Under the pieces are notes generated by a model. The model worked only from the letters and a program-made list of their open reading frames with translations. It was not told the origin of the DNA and did not search any database. Shown here piece by piece: positions 26,333-34,854 of a DNA stretch of 64,000 bases. The DNA lies in the NCBI GenBank assembly GCA_026397315.1, contig JAPLVC010000004.1, forward strand, positions 32,001-96,000, given 5' to 3'. A program made the translations under genes and the position numbers. Positions within the stretch are counted from its first letter, which is position 1. Each line of letters starts with the position of its first letter. This DNA comes from Candidatus Aenigmatarchaeota archaeon (GTDB taxonomy: Archaea; Aenigmatarchaeota; Aenigmatarchaeia; QMZP01; QMZT01).

Positions 26333-26800
26333 TCAGTATTCCGGATCCTTCTTAATGAATTTGCGCAGCTCGCCCGTTCCTCCGGCCTTCAGCTTGAAAA
26401 GGAGCGTGCTTACCTCTGCCGGCTTCAGTTCCCTGACATCGTCGCCCGTTCCGACAAAAATCGCAGGTTCGGTCTGGTATTCGTCTGCGGGCCGGCTTAA
26501 TGGCTGATCGCCGATGAATTCATAGAAAGGGCCGTTCTCATTGAGCCTCTTGATATCCGTCATGAAGTCTCTCAGCATGACATCATCTGCTATCAGGCCT
26601 TCCCACGCGCTTATGCGGTCCCTTTTTCCTACGCTCCTGCGTTTCCCGTCAGTAAGCCTGACGCAGCTTACGGGCGTTTCCCCGTCGAACTCCAGAACGT
26701 ATCTTTTGCCGTTCTGGTTGTATGCAAAGTGACCCAATAACCCGATGCTGTTTTGGACGGCTTTCACGTATTCGTTTTTGTCGTAGTGGAACTCCGCCAT
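26333..26800 (-). CDS. Hypothetical protein
   Basis: 155-aa ORF with a TATA-like element upstream. Confidence 0.6.
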   Translation of the reverse strand: MAEFHYDKNEYVKAVQNSIGLLGHFAYNQNGKRYVLEFDGETPVSCVRLTDGKRRSVGKRDRISAWEGLIADDVMLRDFMTDIKRLNENGPFYEFIGDQPLSRPADEYQTEPAIFVGTGDDVRELKPAEVSTLLFKLKAGGTGELRKFIKKDPEY

Positions 26801-26884
26801 GTTTTATATTTGTGAAAAAATCTTAAAAAACGGCAGTTATCCAAAAAATTGAAAACAAATAAAAAAAGAGAAAAATGGGGTTGT

Positions 26885-27097
26885 TCACCCCTGCTGCAAA
26901 AGCTCGGTTTCCATGTCTTGGACCGTCATGCCTTCAAGCGCCTGGTCCAGTTCTTGGTCGACCGTGTTGAAAGCCTGGCCTTCAGCGCTTGCCGTTGTTT
27001 TGGCCGTGCCTCCGCCGGTCGCCGGCGTCTGCGTGCAGCCGCTTACCATGACTGTCGCCACGAGCGCCACTAACGCGAGTGCCAGTAGTATTTTCAT
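26885..27097 (-). CDS. Small lipoprotein
   Basis: MK + hydrophobic stretch + VSGC lipobox. Confidence 0.75.
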   Translation of the reverse strand: MKILLALALVALVATVMVSGCTQTPATGGGTAKTTASAEGQAFNTVDQELDQALEGMTVQDMETELLQQG

Positions 27098-27106
27098 TTT
27101 ATCACC

Positions 27107-28024
27107 TTACTGGCCCTCCGAGTTCAGATCTGGCGCGTTGTCGACGTTCTCGCCTCTCTGAAGCCTGTCCTTGACCCTTTCCCTGACGTTCTTCAGCCAT
27201 TCCGGCGCGTTGTTCATGACGTCAGCGCGCTTCTCCGTGTACTTGTTGTACATGTTGGCGAGCTTGTCGCATATGGCGTTGTCGCTGCTGATGGTGCCGT
27301 TGGTGATGTTCTTGCACTTCTCTATTATGTCTGCCCTGCAGTTCGCGTCGTCCAGATGGAGCTTGCAGTAAGCCCAGTTCACAACCTTGCACCTGTTGTC
27401 AGTTGGGTTCTGCTCGCAGAAGGTCTTTATTTTATCAGCGCAGCTTATGCCTTCCTTCTCCGGGTCGCAGATTATGCCTCCGACAGCCTTTATTGTCGCC
27501 TTGCATTTGACGGGGTTGTTCTTGCAGTAATCCTTGACGTTGTCCGCTACCTCTTCGGCTTTCCAGACTTTCGGCGCCTGTATGACGTACGCGTTGTAGG
27601 TCACGCCGTTAAGCGTAAGCGAACCAGCCCACACCTCGCCGTTGCCTTTGACGTAGGAGTTCAGCGAAAGCGAGCCCAGCTGAGTCGTGCCGTTGACGTC
27701 GTACACGTTCGCCGTGGCCGTGCCGTTGCCTATCACCACGTCCTTGAGCCTGTATTTGGTTTCCCCGAAGTGAAGCACGCCAGTCTTTACTATCGTCTCG
27801 GTGCCATTCGCGTCAGTGACGCTCACCCCGGCTATGCCGACTTTTATCATCTCGAAGTCCATCGCATTCGATTGCGACGTCGCTATGCCGTAGCCGAGCG
27901 CTCCCATGGTGTGTATCTTTACGCGCGCCTGGCCCTGAGACCCCAGCGTTTCGTCCGCCATTACCGCCGCTCCTGTCACGCCTATGACCAGAAGGGCGAT
28001 TGCCATTACGAATAATTTTTTCAT
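27107..28024 (-). CDS. Secreted protein with Cys-rich helical C-terminal repeats
   Basis: Signal peptide; YCKNNPVKC, FCEQNPTDNRC and YCKLHLDDANC repeats. Confidence 0.8.
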   Translation of the reverse strand: MKKLFVMAIALLVIGVTGAAVMADETLGSQGQARVKIHTMGALGYGIATSQSNAMDFEMIKVGIAGVSVTDANGTETIVKTGVLHFGETKYRLKDVVIGNGTATANVYDVNGTTQLGSLSLNSYVKGNGEVWAGSLTLNGVTYNAYVIQAPKVWKAEEVADNVKDYCKNNPVKCKATIKAVGGIICDPEKEGISCADKIKTFCEQNPTDNRCKVVNWAYCKLHLDDANCRADIIEKCKNITNGTISSDNAICDKLANMYNKYTEKRADVMNNAPEWLKNVRERVKDRLQRGENVDNAPDLNSEGQ

Positions 28025-28059
28025 TTCAATTGCCTCCTATTTTATATTCAAATATTCTG

Positions 28060-28092
28060 CTGCGGAACCGCCGTGGCGACTCCGTGGAACAT
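28060..28092. promoter_or_regulatory. Three 11-bp direct repeats (CTGCGGAACCG / CCGTGGCGACT / CCGTGGAACAT)
   Basis: One-helical-turn periodicity just upstream of 27107-28024. Confidence 0.45.
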
Positions 28093-28151
28093 TTATGCTA
28101 ATACTATACCGTTTCGCCTATTAGAAAACTCGCTGCAACAATGTGAAACAA

Positions 28152-29006
28152 TCATTTTTTGTAGAAGAGGCGGTTCGTCCTGCCGACGCGTTCTTTCTCG
28201 ACGAGGCCTTTCTTCTCCAGCTTCATGATTATTCTGGTCATCTTCGCCCGCGAGAAGCCCAATTCCTTCTCTATCTTTTTCTGCATTATTCTTCCTTCTT
28301 TCGACAGGATGAAAAGGACCTTGCGCTCGTCCTCCGAGAAGCCGCGCTCGAATTCGCATTTCATCTTCTTCCTGTAATGGCCGACAAGATACGTCACAAC
28401 TGCGATGAAGACTATCGAGATTATTATGCCAGTCGCTAGCGAATAGTCGCTGCTGGTGTTGTAGAACTTGAACGAAAGCATGACGCTCTGCGGGTTTTCC
28501 AGCGTCCAGCTCAGGCAGATTCTCTGGCCGTCGCTTAGCGTCTCGTATCCGTCCGGATAAATCACGTCCCTGTAGACGGCGAAACCCTCAGGCAGGTAGG
28601 CCTTCATGTTCATTACGCTGGTGACGGGAGGCTTGAGGCTCGTCGAAAAGCTGTATATGCCGTTGCCTGCGAAAACAAGGTCATGCGCGACGAAGCTTAT
28701 GACCAGCGTCTTCGTCCCCTCGGGCGCGGTAAACCTTACATTGTATTCGCTGCCTGTCTTTTCGAGCGAGTAGTCCAGGACATTCCCGTCCGCGGTCACG
28801 TAAAGCCCGCTGACGTCGCCGAGCACCGCGTAGTTCAGGGAGCTCGCGTTAAGCGGCGCAGCAAAGCGCATGGATATTCCCTCCTGCACGCTCGCGTCCG
28901 GCATTACGTTGAACGTGATGTTGTATTCGGAAATGTCAAGGGCGCTGACAGTCTGTGCCAGTGAAAAAAACAGCATGATGAGGACGCATAGTTTTAACGG
29001 GTTCAT
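28152..29006 (-). CDS. Membrane-tethered transcription regulator (extracellular domain - TM - C-terminal wHTH)
   Basis: Signal peptide; TM near aa 190-210; SEDERKVL..QKKI..LGFSRAKMTRII.KLEKKGLV..GRTN. Confidence 0.85.
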   Translation of the reverse strand: MNPLKLCVLIMLFFSLAQTVSALDISEYNITFNVMPDASVQEGISMRFAAPLNASSLNYAVLGDVSGLYVTADGNVLDYSLEKTGSEYNVRFTAPEGTKTLVISFVAHDLVFAGNGIYSFSTSLKPPVTSVMNMKAYLPEGFAVYRDVIYPDGYETLSDGQRICLSWTLENPQSVMLSFKFYNTSSDYSLATGIIISIVFIAVVTYLVGHYRKKMKCEFERGFSEDERKVLFILSKEGRIMQKKIEKELGFSRAKMTRIIMKLEKKGLVEKERVGRTNRLFYKK

Positions 29007-29039
29007 GAGTGAATTTTGAGCCGCATACTTAAAAATATT

Positions 29040-30149
29040 TCATGGCTTCGCGCCGATGTCTATGTCGCTCAGCTTGGCCTTTTTCCCTGCTTTTATCCTG
29101 AGCTCGGTCAGAAGCGTTTCTCTCCAGTTTTCCACAATGCCACCGACCTGGCTTTTGATAAGTCTCCTGGTTTCCCTCTCGCCTGATTTTTTGGAGAGAT
29201 TTTCGTATAATTCACCCAAAGGCTTGCAGAAATATCCGCATTCCTCTCCCATGTACGAAAGCCTCAAGAAGTTGGTTATGAGCTGCTGCTTTTCCAAAGA
29301 GTCGTCGCCCAGCTGCGATAATACTTTGGAGAGGCCCATGATCATGCGGTATTCATTCTCCCCCGGGTTTTCTCCGAGAACGAACCTTATGGTTTTTTGA
29401 GCCAGCCTGTAATTCGCCCCAAAGCTTCGATTTATGATTTTCATGGCAGTGCTCATATAATTATGTTTCTGGTAGATTTCCTGGAAGTCTCCCTTGTAAA
29501 AAACGCCTCTTTCCAAGTCTCTTCTGGCAGGAGAGTCTGAAGCATCTTCGATTATTCTCATGAGGCAGATGTTTTCTTTGTCAAGCCCGTCCATTCTCCC
29601 TTCCAGTTTCCTGAGCCTTATTTTCATTGCAATCATGTTTTCTTTGCTCAGGTCGCATCCTCTGAAGGCGTTTTCCACTTTTATCTCCTGGAATTCCCCT
29701 CTTATCTGGCGGTATACTTCCCTGGGAACAAAAGGATCGCCTTTTACGTATAATATGTCCTCCCCCCATTCCGACGTTTCAATGTCAAAAACCGCATTGT
29801 TTTTCCTGAGATATTCTTTCACTGTTTCAAGCGGAATCAGCTGGCCGTATATTTCACTGTTTTTGGCCGGCCGGTGCGGCGTGCCGGAGAGATTCTCATT
29901 TCTCGGAATTTTTCTGTCACGCGCGCCAAGTTTTCTTTCAGCTAAGCCTTCATAATGTTCTTTTATCCTTTCAAACGTTTCTCCGCTGAAATAGAGAATC
30001 CTGTGACCGTCTCCATTCGCGCTTAAAAGTTCTTTGTGAAATTTCGAGCTTCGTGTTGATGGATTAAAATTAACATTGTATTCTTCTTTCATGTATTTTC
30101 TGACATCGGCTAGAGTAGTAGAATCTTCCGGCAAAGCGACAGAATGCAT
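29040..30149 (-). CDS. Hypothetical protein
   Basis: 369-aa ORF with no recognised motif. Confidence 0.65.
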   Translation of the reverse strand: MHSVALPEDSTTLADVRKYMKEEYNVNFNPSTRSSKFHKELLSANGDGHRILYFSGETFERIKEHYEGLAERKLGARDRKIPRNENLSGTPHRPAKNSEIYGQLIPLETVKEYLRKNNAVFDIETSEWGEDILYVKGDPFVPREVYRQIRGEFQEIKVENAFRGCDLSKENMIAMKIRLRKLEGRMDGLDKENICLMRIIEDASDSPARRDLERGVFYKGDFQEIYQKHNYMSTAMKIINRSFGANYRLAQKTIRFVLGENPGENEYRMIMGLSKVLSQLGDDSLEKQQLITNFLRLSYMGEECGYFCKPLGELYENLSKKSGERETRRLIKSQVGGIVENWRETLLTELRIKAGKKAKLSDIDIGAKP

Positions 30150-30174
30150 TAAAAAAGTAGGGTAAAAAATTTTA

Positions 30175-30208
30175 AAAAGGGGACTTGTTCTCAGTCCGTC
30201 CCCCTTTC
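30175..30208 (-). terminator. Hairpin plus poly-T downstream of rps6e
   Basis: Minus strand AAAGGGGGAC...GTCCCCTTTTT. Confidence 0.55.
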
Positions 30209-30215
30209 AAAGCAT

Positions 30216-30806
30216 TTATTCCTTTTTGTGCTCTTTCGCCTCGGCATGCTCAGGCTTGTGCTCTTTGTGCTCGTGCGCCGCTTCAGTGTGAGCTTCCTTG
30301 TGTTCCGGCTTGTGCTCTTTCGCTTCAGTGTGCTCGGCTTTGTGCTCTTCGTGCTTGTGCTCAGCCTTCGCTTCGTGTTTTTCCTCGTGCTTCGCTTCTT
30401 TATGTTCTTCCGCCTTGTGTTCGGCCTTTGCTTCCTCTTTGCCGAAAAGCTTCGCGAGCGAGTCCTTGCCGTAAACGACGGCTTTCATGTTTACCTGGAC
30501 TATGTCTTCCGAGAACGTATTGCCTCTAATAAGCTTCCTGCGCCTCTCGCCCTTTTCCGTCGGGTGGAAACCAGGACCGCTCGTAAGCAGCATCTTTTTC
30601 CTGATGGCTCCCGGTATGTCCTGTCTCATGGGGAAGCCCTGCTTGTCAGAACCGCCGGTCAGCTGGAATTCGTAGCCGTGCAGCCCGAGAAAATCGCCCT
30701 TGACTTTTTCGCCGATTCTCCTGCCGATAAGGCCGGATTCCTTCTCACCGACTTCTTTCTGGAACGTATGCTTCGTCTTCGGATCCGATACAACTATCTT
30801 GAACAC
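30216..30806 (-). CDS. rps6e: 30S ribosomal protein S6e with His/Glu/Lys-rich C-terminal tail
   Basis: FKIVVSDPK, LIG..IG, TGGSDKQGFPM, GERRRK.IRGN, QVN; GTG start. Confidence 0.95.
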   Translation of the reverse strand: MFKIVVSDPKTKHTFQKEVGEKESGLIGRRIGEKVKGDFLGLHGYEFQLTGGSDKQGFPMRQDIPGAIRKKMLLTSGPGFHPTEKGERRRKLIRGNTFSEDIVQVNMKAVVYGKDSLAKLFGKEEAKAEHKAEEHKEAKHEEKHEAKAEHKHEEHKAEHTEAKEHKPEHKEAHTEAAHEHKEHKPEHAEAKEHKKE

Positions 30807-30864
30807 ATTTTCACCTCTCCTCAGGCCGGCCCATACTGCGAGCCATTCCGAGTTGACAATTACT

Positions 30865-31215
30865 TCACTGGTCGCCTTTAAAAAGCTTCACCAGCTGCTC
30901 TCCGAGCCACGGGTGCTGGCTGTAAATTTCCGGAGTGCCATTGTTTAAAAACAGTTCTTTTAGTTTCGCCGCATCAATTTGTCCTACGCGGCCGTTTTCC
31001 ATGTCGAGCAGTGTTTGCTGGCCGCCTTCGATAAAACTAGTGACGGTTATTTTATTGTGACTCAGGGGTTTGCTGTTTTTTACCTGGTTTTCGCTTCTTT
31101 CATATTGTATGCTGCCCACCAGCTTGCCATCGTTGTATATGCCCAAAAGCGCCGCTTCGCTGTGCGCATTTGGCACTATCTGATAGCCTGTCTTTTTATC
31201 TTTTTCTGGTGCCAT
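30865..31215 (-). CDS. Hypothetical protein
   Basis: 116-aa ORF, AT-richer than neighbours. Confidence 0.55.
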   Translation of the reverse strand: MAPEKDKKTGYQIVPNAHSEAALLGIYNDGKLVGSIQYERSENQVKNSKPLSHNKITVTSFIEGGQQTLLDMENGRVGQIDAAKLKELFLNNGTPEIYSQHPWLGEQLVKLFKGDQ

Positions 31216-31255
31216 GAAATAAATCTTGAAAACAAGTTTTTTATAGGGCGCCTGT

Positions 31256-32053
31256 TCACACTTTCTGGGGAATTTTCCTCACGACTGGCGGTTTCCTGGC
31301 CAGTGGAGAGGCGAGCTTCTGCCTCACCTTCTGTGCGTGCATGTCCACCGCGCGCGCGTATTTCTCGCCGTTGTAGGCTCTGAGCGCCTTCATTATGTCT
31401 TTGCGGCCGCCCTTCTTCCACAGCATGTTGGCGCATGAGCCTATGGCGTCCTCTATGCCGTCCGGCTCGAACCCGTCGCCGTCAAGGTCGTATGAATATT
31501 TCCTGAGGCTTGTGGGCATGAGCTGTGCCGGCGTCGAAGCGCCAGTGAATGAGCCTTTAAGCGCGAAAACGTCGGTTATGCCTTTCTCCCTGACAAACTT
31601 CAGGAACTCTGTCGTGTATTCGTAGAAAAGGTCTTTCCTTTCAGTGAAAACGTAGTTGGACATCACGGCGTTTAATATGGGACAATCTCCCTTGTTTTTG
31701 CCGAAAAGCGATTCCACGTTAAGAACGGCAGTTATGTATTCCCTTTTTATGCCCGGGAAAAGCTTCTCCGCCTCGTCCAGCCACTCTTTACGCTTTTCCA
31801 TGAAGTTTATGCTGTCCTGCGTGGACTCGTTCCTCATGTACCTGTGCTCCTTGGGGTTGGTCAGGTCGATTTTATTGTACTTTTTCCTGAGCGGGTTCGG
31901 GTCGAACAGCCTGAACTGGGGATCTTTTACCAGTTCAACAATCTCTTTGTAGCCGTCCTTGTCCAGCCTCTCAATCAGCTTCGCAGTCTCCGCCAGGTAT
32001 TTGTTCTGCGATAACATCAATGAGAGATACATGGCCGTTTCTGCTATCATCAT
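31256..32053 (-). CDS. Lytic murein transglycosylase, MltB/SLT_2 family
   Basis: AVLNVES.FG (catalytic Glu), GSFTGA..AQLMPTS, DLDGDG EF-hand-like loop, DAIGS.AN.L, AL.AYN..YA.AV. Confidence 0.85.
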   Translation of the reverse strand: MMIAETAMYLSLMLSQNKYLAETAKLIERLDKDGYKEIVELVKDPQFRLFDPNPLRKKYNKIDLTNPKEHRYMRNESTQDSINFMEKRKEWLDEAEKLFPGIKREYITAVLNVESLFGKNKGDCPILNAVMSNYVFTERKDLFYEYTTEFLKFVREKGITDVFALKGSFTGASTPAQLMPTSLRKYSYDLDGDGFEPDGIEDAIGSCANMLWKKGGRKDIMKALRAYNGEKYARAVDMHAQKVRQKLASPLARKPPVVRKIPQKV

Positions 32054-32081
32054 TAAGAAGTAGCAAAAGGATTTAAATTGC

Positions 32082-32369
32082 TTAGGAGACGATGATTCTT
32101 TCCACGTCCGCGGCTTTCGCGCCTCTTATCAGCAGCACCTTGTCTTTCGACTTGAAGCCGCTCACGATTTCGACGTCCTTCTTCGTCGCGCGCTTCAGCT
32201 CTTTGACTATCTCCGCGTTCGCCTCTCCTTCGCGCGGAGGCGACGTGACCTCGAGAACGAGCCGGCCTTCCTTGAGCACGAGCGCGAAGCGGCTGGCGTT
32301 CGTCTTGGCCCGGACTTCGATCAGCACGCCTTCAGGCGTTTCTCTTAACGTTACCTTTCCTCCGGACAT
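32082..32369 (-). CDS. DUF167 family protein
   Basis: V.SPPREGEANAE..V.IVSG.KSKDK. Confidence 0.88.
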   Translation of the reverse strand: MSGGKVTLRETPEGVLIEVRAKTNASRFALVLKEGRLVLEVTSPPREGEANAEIVKELKRATKKDVEIVSGFKSKDKVLLIRGAKAADVERIIVS

Positions 32370-32421
32370 AATAACAATATATGTGAATTATATTTTAATC
32401 CCGGACGGTCAAATACGATAT

Positions 32422-33174
32422 ATGGAAATCGAGACTTTCGACCTTTTTTCAAGGCAGACGCCTTTCATCGGCATGGACAGGCAGGCTGCGCTCACCCAAG
32501 CAAAAGTGGCAGTCGTCGGAGCAGGCGGACTCGGTTCGCATGTCGGCAGCCTGCTCGTGCGGGCGGGCGTAGGTGTCGTCCGCATAATCGACCGCGACAT
32601 GGTTGAATACTCGAATCTCCCGCGCACCGCGATGTACGACCGCTCGAACATAGGAAAAGCGAAGGCGTTCGTGGCGTCGCAGAAACTTGGTAATATTGTT
32701 TCCGGCAATCGCGTCGACGGCATGATAGAGAACGTCGCGGCGTCGAATGTCAAGGACGTGCTGGCGGGCTTCGACGTCATCGTCGACTGCACGGACAACA
32801 TGGACTCGCGCTATGTCATAAACAAGTTCTGCGTCAGGAACAAGGTGCCGTGGGTGTATGGCGCCGTCCTTAGGGACGAGGGATTCTCTTCGACTTTCAG
32901 GGCAGGCGGCAGGCCGTGCCTGAACTGCATCTACAGGATGAAGACAAAAGAGACGGAGAAGACGGAAAACGCTGGTGTGCTTGGCCCAGCTGTCGCGATG
33001 GTCGCCTCGTGGCAGGCCATGGAAGTCATCAAGCTCATAACCGGCCTTTCCGAGCCGAACTTCGGCAAAATGCTGAGAATAAAGCTGGACAAGCCCGTAT
33101 TCGAGTTTCTCGAGATAAACAAGCAGGAGGAATGCGAGATATGCGGAAAAAACCTGCCAAAAAACATGGTCTGA
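32422..33174 (+). CDS. ThiF/MoeB/E1-like activating enzyme
   Basis: FSRQ, VVGAGGLGS, DRDMVEYSNL.R, DCTDN, PCLNC and C-terminal CEIC. Confidence 0.92.
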   Translation: MEIETFDLFSRQTPFIGMDRQAALTQAKVAVVGAGGLGSHVGSLLVRAGVGVVRIIDRDMVEYSNLPRTAMYDRSNIGKAKAFVASQKLGNIVSGNRVDGMIENVAASNVKDVLAGFDVIVDCTDNMDSRYVINKFCVRNKVPWVYGAVLRDEGFSSTFRAGGRPCLNCIYRMKTKETEKTENAGVLGPAVAMVASWQAMEVIKLITGLSEPNFGKMLRIKLDKPVFEFLEINKQEECEICGKNLPKNMV

Positions 33175-34334
33175 AAAAACCAGGCGGCTCTAGGGCTAGC
33201 GCAGGCGCAAGGAAATTCATTCTGAAATACGGGGAGCTGTGGCTCAAGTCGGAGTTCGTGCGCAACCGCTTTATTAAAACGCTCGCCGAGAACGTGAGTC
33301 GTCAGTTACGCATGGCGGGAATAAAAGAATTCAGGCTCGAGAGGACGCGCGACATGCTGATTCTCGACTGCGCTAATCCGAAGGCGCCTCAGACGCTTTC
33401 GAAAATTTTCGGTATCACGTGGTTCGCTTTAGCTTTCGAAACGAAGCCGGAGATGAAGGCGATGGAGAAGGCCGTGCTAGCTCTCGCGAAGAAGATCGGG
33501 AGGGAGCAGACGTTCGCGATACGCGCGAGCAGGAGCGACAAGTCGCTGGCGTTCACGAGCAAGGACGTCGAGAACGAGATGGGCAAAAACGTTGACAGGA
33601 AAGTCGACCTTTCGAATCCGGATGTCACGATATTCGTCGAGCTGCGCAAGGGGATGGCTTACGTTTACTCGGAAAAGCTCAAAGGCGCGGGCGGCCTGCC
33701 TTACGGCGTGACCGGGCGCGTGCTCTCGCTGTTGTCCGGCGGCATCGATTCGCCCGTGGCGAGCTGGCTCATGATGAAGCGGGGATGCTCTGTCGATTTT
33801 GTTCATTATTACGTCAACGAGAGCGGAGTGGCGAAAATCCAAGGGCTCGTGAAGAAGCTGGGCGAATACGCACCCGCGAAGCTCATGTTATATTCCGTCC
33901 CGTTCGCGTCCATCCAGGAAGCGATTGTAAAAAATTGCGACACGCATTTCACCTGCGTGCTCTGCAAGCGGCTCATGTATATCACGGCATGCTCGCTGGC
34001 GAAAGAGACGAAAGCGAAGGCGCTCGTGACAGGCGAGAATCTTGCCCAGGTTGCGTCGCAGACTCTGGACAATCTCGTCGCTAACGACGACGCTGTTTCA
34101 ATGCCGAAGTTCAGGCCGCTGCTGACGATGGACAAGACGGAGACCATCGCGCTCGCAAATAAGATAGGGACTTATGATTTATCGATAAGGGAAGCGCACG
34201 CGTGCAGGTTCGTGCCTCGCAAGCCGGCGACCAACGCAAAGAAGGAAATCATAGACCGCGAGGCGAATAAAATAAAGAATCTGGACAAAATCATCGCTAA
34301 AGCGATTGCGTCTTCCATAAAAAGCACGGTGTGA
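33132..34334 (+). CDS. thiI: tRNA 4-thiouridine synthase (THUMP + PP-loop)
   Basis: KYGELWLKS, GGLP.G, LLSGGIDSPVA, CVLCKR, TGENLAQVASQT; GGAGG SD before 33132. Confidence 0.93.
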   Translation: MRDMRKKPAKKHGLKKPGGSRASAGARKFILKYGELWLKSEFVRNRFIKTLAENVSRQLRMAGIKEFRLERTRDMLILDCANPKAPQTLSKIFGITWFALAFETKPEMKAMEKAVLALAKKIGREQTFAIRASRSDKSLAFTSKDVENEMGKNVDRKVDLSNPDVTIFVELRKGMAYVYSEKLKGAGGLPYGVTGRVLSLLSGGIDSPVASWLMMKRGCSVDFVHYYVNESGVAKIQGLVKKLGEYAPAKLMLYSVPFASIQEAIVKNCDTHFTCVLCKRLMYITACSLAKETKAKALVTGENLAQVASQTLDNLVANDDAVSMPKFRPLLTMDKTETIALANKIGTYDLSIREAHACRFVPRKPATNAKKEIIDREANKIKNLDKIIAKAIASSIKSTV

Positions 34335-34394
34335 AAATGACACACTCCCACGTCCTAAAGGACGGGGTATCCCGGAAGGAGGAAGGTGAAAAAC

Positions 34395-34601
34395 ATGGAT
34401 AAAAAAAGCATTTTGGTAAGGGCGAGAGAACGATTAGATACGACGCTCATAGTATTTGAGTTAGTTCTGAGTGTGTTGTTCAGTTTAGTGGGGCATCTCA
34501 CAGGAAGCATGTATCTTCGTGGAATTGGAGTCGGATTGATAATTGCTTGGGTGACAAGCACATTAGCCTATCTTAGAGTAGGGAAAAAGGAGGGCGTTTG
34601 A
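34395..34601 (+). CDS. Small 2-TM membrane protein
   Basis: Two hydrophobic helices; SD upstream; AT-rich. Confidence 0.65.
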   Translation: MDKKSILVRARERLDTTLIVFELVLSVLFSLVGHLTGSMYLRGIGVGLIIAWVTSTLAYLRVGKKEGV

Positions 34602-34602
34602 A

Positions 34603-34788
34603 ATGGAATATAGAACAAAGAGGCATATAACAAACACATTGCTTTATGCAGCAATCATAACAGCAATAATGGGAATCATACTCCAATACACGAAAATTGG
34701 AACTATTATTTTTGCTTTTATAAGTGTTGGGTTATTGGCTGCTGACAGATATACAGAGAATAAGCATTTGAAAGAAGAGGGGCGATAA
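34603..34788 (+). CDS. Small 2-TM membrane protein
   Basis: Two hydrophobic helices; GGAGG SD; AT-rich. Confidence 0.65.
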   Translation: MEYRTKRHITNTLLYAAIITAIMGIILQYTKIGTIIFAFISVGLLAADRYTENKHLKEEGR

Positions 34789-34854
34789 AATGCAAACTAA
34801 ACAAGCCTCACTTCCTACCAAGCCTAAAGATTTGAGTATCCATGAGGCGATTTA

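Larger units (their letters stand above)
34343..34848. mobile_element. Putative non-autonomous cassette bounded by IS200/IS605-like hairpin ends
   Basis: CTCCCACGTCC-TAAA-GGACGGGGTATCC (34345-34372) and TTCCTACCAAGCC-TAAA-GATTTGAGTATCC (34812-34841), in the same orientation, flank two AT-rich ORFs. Confidence 0.5.
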
